Below, one piece after another: positions 57,988-64,000 of a DNA stretch of 64,000 nt (the first letter of the stretch is position 1; every line of letters begins with the position of its first letter). The translations under genes and the position numbers were made by a program. Source of the DNA: Oceanispirochaeta sp. (lineage in GTDB: Bacteria > Spirochaetota > Spirochaetia > DSM-2461); the NCBI GenBank assembly GCA_963666275.2, contig CAXXOA010000001.1, forward strand, positions 736,001 through 800,000. Direction: 5' to 3'. Below the pieces are notes generated by a model. It was given only the letters and a program-made list of their open reading frames with translations, was not told where the DNA came from and ran no database searches.

Positions 57988-59778
57988 TTGAAGGCATTTA
58001 ATAATGAAATATATCATCACGCCATTATGAATCTTAATCCTGACGGATTTTTTATAATCTCCACAAAAGGGGAAATCCTGGAGGTGAACAATACCTACTG
58101 CCTTATGTCCGGATACTCCCGGGAGGAACTGATCGGTCAGAAGCTTCAAATCCTGGATGATTTCAATATGAAAGACCTGTTAAGCAAATCCCGGAAAGAG
58201 GCGCTCTACAGGGGAGATGCCGTGCGTTTCAACCGTACCCATACAAAGAAGGACGGCTCGGATCTTCCTGTGGAAATCTCCGCCAGATTTGTAGACCCTA
58301 ATGACAGAGAATACCTGGCGGCTTTCTGCAGGGATCTGACTGAAGTCACGCTCTGCCGGGAGAGAATTCAAAAGCAGGATCAGATCATGAACAATCTGTT
58401 TGATCAGATTCCTGCGGCGGCCTATGAGATCCTTTCCTGCCCTGACGGATCCATCAGGATGCCCTTTGCTTCAAAAAACTTCCGGGATCTCTACGGTCTG
58501 AAAAGCGATGTGAATATCACGGAGGATGCCACCATTGCCTTTCAGACTATTCACCCTGAGGATCTGGACCGGGTTATGGCATCCATGAACCAGGCTATCG
58601 AGGATTACAGCTTCTGGAAATGCGACTTCAGAATCTGCCCTCCGGGGAATGATCTCCGCTGGATACGGGGGCAGGCCACACCGCAGAGGCAGAGCGACGG
58701 CTGCATCCTCTGGAGCGGATTTATGATGGATGTGACGGATCTGAAAGAGACCCACCGGAAGCTTGAAGAACTTTCTGCCCGGCAGAACAGCATTATAGAG
58801 GGGACAGGTGCGGGAACCTGGGAGTGGAATGTTCAGACCGGCGAAGTGATCATCAATCCCCGGGGGGCTGAAATCCTGGGGTATTCTCTCAGTGAAATCG
58901 GCAGGGTAGCGTATAAAACTAATATCTGGACTGATATGGCTTATCTGGAGGATCAGGACAAAGTCGTAACGGTCCTGAATGAACATCTGGAGGCAAAGTC
59001 GGATTTTCTGGACCTGGACTGCCGTATGAGGCATAGAAACGGAACTCCCGTCTGGGTGAACATCAGAGGCAAGGTTATCTCCCGGACAGTGGACGGGGAG
59101 CCTCTGTGGATGTATGGAACAACAGCAGACATCAGCAGAAGAAAAAGTCTGGAGCTTGCCATTCAACAGGGGCTGGAAGAGAAACAGATCCTCCTGAAAG
59201 AGCTCAAGCACAGGGTTGTGAACTCCTTTACTGTGATTCACAGTATGATTTCTATTCTTAAATATTCGGAGAATTCGGGCAGGGAAATGTCAGGCCTTGA
59301 AAAGATTGAGAATAAAATATCCTCTATAGCTCTGATGTACGATCTTCTTTATGCAACGGGCAGTGTGAATTCTGTTTCCCTCGATGAGTATCTGCAGAGA
59401 GTTCTGGATACTTTTCCGGAAGACTTCGGAAGGATCACACTGCTTTCCCGGCTGGATCCCCTGGAGATCGGGGTCGATCAGGCCGTGGCTGTGGGTATCA
59501 TTGTGAATGAACTGCTTACCAACTCCTATAAATACGCTTTTCCGGAAAAAGCACAGGGAATGATTCAGGTCACCATGAAAAAAACAGGAGATTCAGTGGA
59601 GGTTTCTGTTTCTGATGACGGGATCGGTTTTGATCTGAAGCAGGTGCAGAATGAAGGTTCCTTCGGTCAGACTATGATTATGGCTCTTTTAAAACAGCTG
59701 AATGCGGAACTGGAAGTTCAGTACAGCAGGGGAACTTTTGTGAAGTTTGAATTTCCTCTGGAGAAAATAGACAGGTAG
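57988..59778 (+). CDS. Cytoplasmic multi-PAS sensor histidine kinase (HisKA_2-type)
   Basis: Three PAS/PAC domains; LLKELKHRVVN; NELLTNSYKYAF, DDGIG, SFG. Confidence 0.9.
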   Translation: MKAFNNEIYHHAIMNLNPDGFFIISTKGEILEVNNTYCLMSGYSREELIGQKLQILDDFNMKDLLSKSRKEALYRGDAVRFNRTHTKKDGSDLPVEISARFVDPNDREYLAAFCRDLTEVTLCRERIQKQDQIMNNLFDQIPAAAYEILSCPDGSIRMPFASKNFRDLYGLKSDVNITEDATIAFQTIHPEDLDRVMASMNQAIEDYSFWKCDFRICPPGNDLRWIRGQATPQRQSDGCILWSGFMMDVTDLKETHRKLEELSARQNSIIEGTGAGTWEWNVQTGEVIINPRGAEILGYSLSEIGRVAYKTNIWTDMAYLEDQDKVVTVLNEHLEAKSDFLDLDCRMRHRNGTPVWVNIRGKVISRTVDGEPLWMYGTTADISRRKSLELAIQQGLEEKQILLKELKHRVVNSFTVIHSMISILKYSENSGREMSGLEKIENKISSIALMYDLLYATGSVNSVSLDEYLQRVLDTFPEDFGRITLLSRLDPLEIGVDQAVAVGIIVNELLTNSYKYAFPEKAQGMIQVTMKKTGDSVEVSVSDDGIGFDLKQVQNEGSFGQTMIMALLKQLNAELEVQYSRGTFVKFEFPLEKIDR

Positions 59779-59780
59779 AG

Positions 59781-61913
59781 ATGATGGAACAGAAAACAAT
59801 CCTGCTGGTGGAAGATGACAATCTGATAGCTCTGAGAGAACAAAGGGTTCTGGAACAGAACGGATATCGGGTTATCCATGTCCCGGATGGGGATACCGCC
59901 GTAAAGGAGGGAGCAGGTAATGTTTCTGTAGACCTTATTCTTATGGATATCAATCTCGGAACAGGAAAGATGGATGGAACCGAAGCGGCACAGATGATCC
60001 TGGCTTCCCGGGAAATCCCCATCCTGTTCCTTTCGTCCCATTCAGAAAAAGAGGTCGTTGAAAAAACCCAGGAGATCTCCTCGTATGGTTATATCACTAA
60101 AAACTCTGGAAACACTGTTCTTCTGGCATCCATACAGATGGCCTTCCGCCTCTTTCAGGCCCATCAGGATCTGAAGAGGAACAATACGTTTATACAGTCC
60201 CTGCTTGAAACATCTCCCGACGGTGTCTGGATTGTTTCGGAGGATGGATTGATTATCGACACAAATGAGACCTACTGCAGGATGTCGGGATACACCAGAG
60301 ATGAGCTTATGGGTAAAGATATTTCCGAACTGGATCTGCAGGATTCCTCCTCTGATGTCAGAAACAGGATTCAGGACATAAAGAAAAGAGAACTGGAAAG
60401 GTTTAAATCTCTCCATCTTCGAAAAGACGGCTCCATTCTCCCTGTGGACGTCTCCAGCCAGTTCATTACAAATAATGATGAGAGTTCCTGCATTGTATTC
60501 TGCCGGGATCTCTCCCTGCAGGAGGATCTTACAAGGCGGCTGCAGCAGAGCCGGGACCGGTTTGAACTGGTTCTGAAATCCATTCAGGATACGGTATTCT
60601 CTCTGGACAGGGAAAGGCGGTTTACAGAACTGTACAGTCCCTTCAGCAGAGAGCTGGGCCTGGATGAGCAGGATGTGATTGGAAAGACCTTTGAGGAAGT
60701 GAGCGCTGATCAGCATCTGGCTCAGATCCATAAAAGGCAGTTTGAAAAGGTGATGCAGGGAGATCCCTGTCTCTATCACTGGCAGTTCGGATTCAGGGGC
60801 AGAAAATTCTACAGACAGACCTCTCTGTCTCCCATAAAAGATGAGGTCGGCAACATTATCGGAGCCGCCGGAGTTGATCGGGATCTGACAGACCTCATTG
60901 TGGCCGAGAAAGAGCTGAAAAATCAGAAAGAGCTTCAGAGAACCCTTTTTCAGGAAGTTCCCGGAGCGATCTATCAGTATCAGTTGTTTCCCGACGGGAG
61001 ATCCTGCTTTCCTTTTGCTTCGGAAAATATTGAGAATGTGTATGAGGTGGTCCCCGAGCAGGTCAGAAAAGATGCTTCCCCGGTTTTCAGCCGGATCCAC
61101 CCGGACGATCTGGACCGGGTCAACGCCTCCATAGAAGAGTCACGGAGTAAACTGACAATCTGGACCAGCGACTACAGAGTCAACCTTCCCCTGAGGGGAC
61201 TCCGTTGGGTCAGAGGACGGGCCACTCCTCAGAGGCTGCCCGACCAGAGCACTCTCTGGCATGGCTACATCATGGATATTACAGATCTGAAAGAGGTGGA
61301 AAGGACTATTCAGAGAGGCCTGGAAGAGAAGAAAACGCTTCTCAAAGAGATGCAGCACCGGGTTATGAATACATTCACAATCATCAACAGTATGATTTCC
61401 CTTCTGATGAGCACCGAATCCTCCGCTGATGCGGTTAATGCACTGGGCAGAATTGAAGAGAAAATCCGGTCCATTGCGGCTATTTATGATCTCCTTTATG
61501 ACAGCGGCAATGTGCAGACCCTGTTTCTGGACGAATACCTTCTGGATGTGGCCCGGATGTACCATACCGATTTCGGTAACATCCAGCTGATTCCGACTCT
61601 GGACAGGATTGAAGTCAGTGTCAAACTGGCGATCCCTGTGGGGATTATTGTCAATGAGATCCTCACCAACGCCTATAAATATGCCTTTCCTGATTCCAGG
61701 GCGGGGGTCATCAGGATCAGCATGAAACAGAGCAAGGATTCCGCTCTGATCTGTATTGAAGATAACGGTGTGGGGGTCCGGAATCCTGATCATCCCGGGG
61801 AGTCATCTTTCGGTCATATCATGATGAAAGCCATGCTGGAACAGATCTCCGGTGATATGTCGATTGAAAACAGAGACGGCACTGCCGTAGAGATCCGTTT
61901 TCCCCTCTTTTGA
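59781..61913 (+). CDS. REC-multi-PAS-HisKA_2 hybrid histidine kinase
   Basis: N-terminal REC (LLVEDD, LMDINL); three PAS; LLKEMQHRVMN; NEILTNAYKYAF, DNGVG. Confidence 0.9.
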   Translation: MMEQKTILLVEDDNLIALREQRVLEQNGYRVIHVPDGDTAVKEGAGNVSVDLILMDINLGTGKMDGTEAAQMILASREIPILFLSSHSEKEVVEKTQEISSYGYITKNSGNTVLLASIQMAFRLFQAHQDLKRNNTFIQSLLETSPDGVWIVSEDGLIIDTNETYCRMSGYTRDELMGKDISELDLQDSSSDVRNRIQDIKKRELERFKSLHLRKDGSILPVDVSSQFITNNDESSCIVFCRDLSLQEDLTRRLQQSRDRFELVLKSIQDTVFSLDRERRFTELYSPFSRELGLDEQDVIGKTFEEVSADQHLAQIHKRQFEKVMQGDPCLYHWQFGFRGRKFYRQTSLSPIKDEVGNIIGAAGVDRDLTDLIVAEKELKNQKELQRTLFQEVPGAIYQYQLFPDGRSCFPFASENIENVYEVVPEQVRKDASPVFSRIHPDDLDRVNASIEESRSKLTIWTSDYRVNLPLRGLRWVRGRATPQRLPDQSTLWHGYIMDITDLKEVERTIQRGLEEKKTLLKEMQHRVMNTFTIINSMISLLMSTESSADAVNALGRIEEKIRSIAAIYDLLYDSGNVQTLFLDEYLLDVARMYHTDFGNIQLIPTLDRIEVSVKLAIPVGIIVNEILTNAYKYAFPDSRAGVIRISMKQSKDSALICIEDNGVGVRNPDHPGESSFGHIMMKAMLEQISGDMSIENRDGTAVEIRFPLF

Positions 61914-62153
61914 AACGGATCCTGTATTCTTTTATCGATCCGATCATATCCGGGTGTTTTTATTTGCATTTGAATGAAATATCCCTGAGAATTTCAGTCA
62001 GGAACCGATGGTCAGCAGAGGCAGTCGGGGTTTTTACTCCTTTTAACCGGTATAACGGCTGCCTCTTTATTCCGGTGCGTTCTACCGGGGAGTTTAAGAG
62101 ACTTTCCGTCAGGTATGACATAGCGGGGTGCTTCTTCTTTCAGAGGAGATTTT

Positions 62154-62221
62154 TGTAGGACTGATCCTACAGAAAATGACGTTATGATCCTACTTACAGC
62201 TCCTATAGGCCGGGTGACAAT
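62154..62221 (+). promoter_or_regulatory. Candidate operator and promoter of the cit operon
   Basis: TGTAGGA-ctga-TCCTACA palindrome; TGATCCTAC repeated 23 bp later; CTTACA-N17-GACAAT 6 nt before the citC ATG. Confidence 0.5.
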
Positions 62222-62227
62222 GCCCCT

Positions 62228-63268
62228 ATGTCTGCAGAATTATATGAAGTAAGAACATTGAATCTGGATCGTTCTTCTGATCTGGAAAAACTGGAGGCCT
62301 TTCTGAACCGGGAGGGTCTGTCTCTGGAATCCGATCTGGATTATGCCCTCTGTCTCATGGATGGAGAAACGATCGTGGCTTCCGGCTGTGCCTCGGGGAA
62401 TGTCCTGAAGTGCATTGCCGTAGACGGGAGTTATCAGGGCCAGTCTCTGACAAACAAGGTTATCACCTATCTTCGTCTCAGAGCCTATCATAAGGGATTT
62501 TCCTCGCTTTTTCTGTTTACCAAGCCGGGAAATACAGGGATCTTCGAGGATCTTGGATTTTTCTCTGTGGCCGAATCTCCCGATGCGGTCCTTATGGAAA
62601 ACAGACCGGACGGAGTTGAACATTATATATCCTCTCTGGAAAAACCGGAGGATAATGCGCCCTCAGCGGCCCTGGTGATGAACTGTAATCCCTTTACCCT
62701 GGGCCACAGGTATCTTATTGAAAAGGCCTGCCGGGAAAATGCGGTGGTCCACCTGTTTGCAGTGAGCGAAGATCTTTCCGTTTTTCCCTTCGAAGACAGA
62801 ATCCGGATGATCCGGCAGGGGACGGAGGATCTTAAAAATCTCTACATACATGAAGGCCGGGAATATATCATTTCCCGCGCCACCTTTCCCACCTATTTTA
62901 TCAAAGAGAAGAAAATCCTTGATGAATCCCATGCCCGGCTGGATCTGGACCTGTTCGGAAAGAAAATCGGTCCGGCATTGAACATCCGTAAACGCTATGT
63001 GGGAGAAGAACCTTTCTGTCCGGTCACATCCCTTTACAACTCGCTGATGCAGGAAATTCTTCCTCCTCTGGGGATGGAGGTGGAAGTCATTCCCCGTATG
63101 ACGGGAAAGGGCGGAGCGGTCAGTGCAACTAAAGTGCGGAAAGCCATGGCGGATGGAGCTCTGGAGGACCTGAAAGAGTGGGTTCCTCCTTCAACATATG
63201 ACTTCCTTGTCTCAGAGGAAGGGCGGAACATTGCAGAAAAAATCAGGCAGTATGCAGATGCATCGTAG
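62228..63268 (+). CDS. citC: [Citrate (pro-3S)-lyase] ligase
   Basis: GNAT-like N-terminus (KCIAV, FTKP); MNCNPFTLGH, YIISRATFPTYF, VGEEP, SATKVR. Confidence 0.96.
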   Translation: MSAELYEVRTLNLDRSSDLEKLEAFLNREGLSLESDLDYALCLMDGETIVASGCASGNVLKCIAVDGSYQGQSLTNKVITYLRLRAYHKGFSSLFLFTKPGNTGIFEDLGFFSVAESPDAVLMENRPDGVEHYISSLEKPEDNAPSAALVMNCNPFTLGHRYLIEKACRENAVVHLFAVSEDLSVFPFEDRIRMIRQGTEDLKNLYIHEGREYIISRATFPTYFIKEKKILDESHARLDLDLFGKKIGPALNIRKRYVGEEPFCPVTSLYNSLMQEILPPLGMEVEVIPRMTGKGGAVSATKVRKAMADGALEDLKEWVPPSTYDFLVSEEGRNIAEKIRQYADAS

Positions 63269-63291
63269 TGTATCAAGGAGTTGAAAGAAAC

Positions 63292-63588
63292 ATGAAGATT
63301 GTAAAGACAGGATTAGCGGGTTCTCTGGAATCCAGTGATGTTCTGATTACCGTAGACAGCAACCATGGAAAGGGTCGGGAAATCAGTCTGACCAGTATTG
63401 TAAAACGCCAGTATGGAAAGCAGATCCAGAAGGTGGTGGAAGATACTCTGGATAAACTGGACGTGGGTGATGTGAAAGTCCGTCTTGAAGATAAAGGGGC
63501 CCTGGACTGTACCATAAGAGCCCGTCTGGAAGCGGCTGTCTACAGGGCTTCCGGAAGCAACACCTACCCCTGGGAGAAGCTTGTATGA
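63292..63588 (+). CDS. citD: Citrate lyase acyl carrier protein (gamma)
   Basis: AGSLESSD, DKGALDC. Confidence 0.96.
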   Translation: MKIVKTGLAGSLESSDVLITVDSNHGKGREISLTSIVKRQYGKQIQKVVEDTLDKLDVGDVKVRLEDKGALDCTIRARLEAAVYRASGSNTYPWEKLV

Positions 63589-64000
63589 AACTGAGAAGAA
63601 CCATGCTCTATGTTCCAGGCAACAATGCGGGAATGATGAAAGATGCCCATATCTACCGTTCCGATTCGGTTATGTTTGATCTGGAAGATTCTGTTTCGCT
63701 CAATGAGAAAGATACAGCCCGATTTCTTGTATTCAATGCCCTGAGCACTCTGAATTACGAAGGGATCGAAACTGTCGTCAGAATCAACGGCCTTGAGACT
63801 CCCTACGGAGAAGAAGATATTAAAGCCATGGTCAGAGCCCGTCCGGATGTGATCCGGCTACCCAAGACCGAAACCGCTCAGGATGTTCTGGATGTGGAAG
63901 CCCTGATCGCAAGAGAGGAGGAAGCTTCGGGACTGGAAGTGGGAACCATCAGAATGATGGCCGCCATCGAAGGGCCCCTGGGAGTTCTCAATGCCTACGA
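63585..64000 (+). CDS. citE: Citrate lyase beta subunit (3'-truncated by window edge)
   Basis: Own translation: MKLRRTMLYVPGNNAGMM..FDLEDSV..EKDTAR..VRINGL..RLPK..AAIE; ATGA overlap with citD. Confidence 0.95.
   Translation, partial: MKLRRTMLYVPGNNAGMMKDAHIYRSDSVMFDLEDSVSLNEKDTARFLVFNALSTLNYEGIETVVRINGLETPYGEEDIKAMVRARPDVIRLPKTETAQDVLDVEALIAREEEASGLEVGTIRMMAAIEGPLGVLNAY

Noticed and set aside
62060..62135. c-di-GMP-I or other riboswitch upstream of citC
   Set aside because: Only a TAGCGGGGT resemblance; the GGCAAA/GAAA tetraloop/GCAAA core is absent.
1..64000. IS elements, prophage, integrase, rRNA
   Set aside because: No transposase, integrase or phage motifs in any ORF, and no rRNA-like sequence.

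Overview
A 64-kb chromosomal segment, most likely from a free-living Spirochaetota bacterium (Spirochaetaceae/Oceanispirochaeta-like). This is inferred from spirochaetal lipoboxes, Cys-less 'A-x-G-Q/K-Q-D/E' solute-binding-protein N-termini and gene content. It is gene-dense, and I found no transposase, integrase, prophage, rRNA or CRISPR array. Main content, in order: clpS-clpA-aat N-degron operon; orphan N6-adenine DNA methyltransferase; membrane PAS/RsbW-type kinase; SMUG2-type glycosylase coupled to a dGTPase-like HD hydrolase; E. coli-type asd; acyl-CoA ligase, STAS protein and a HisKA-REC protein; ppk2; EctR/CosR-like MarR divergent from a proXVW glycine-betaine ABC operon (proX frameshifted); MATE and SWIM-SNF2 helicase; a roughly 20-kb polyol/rare-sugar region (three ABC importers, three dehydrogenases, xylulokinase, ketose 3-epimerase, LacI, GntR/AraR-type regulator, degenerate nucleotide cyclase); FMN riboswitch with ribD-ribE-ribBA-ribH; tRNA-Gly(CCC); two cytoplasmic multi-PAS HisKA_2 kinases; start of the citrate lyase operon (citC-citD-citE'). 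The most notable unexplained signals are a GGA-rich, CsrB/RsmZ-like structured trailer bracketed by 54-bp repeats behind tRNA-Gly, a candidate anti-RBS sRNA at about 17.7 kb, a repeated tandem LacI operator defining the polyol regulon, a pseudo-cyclase, an orphan partner-switching set and many apparently leaderless genes. All functional calls come from motif recognition by eye; no searches were run.
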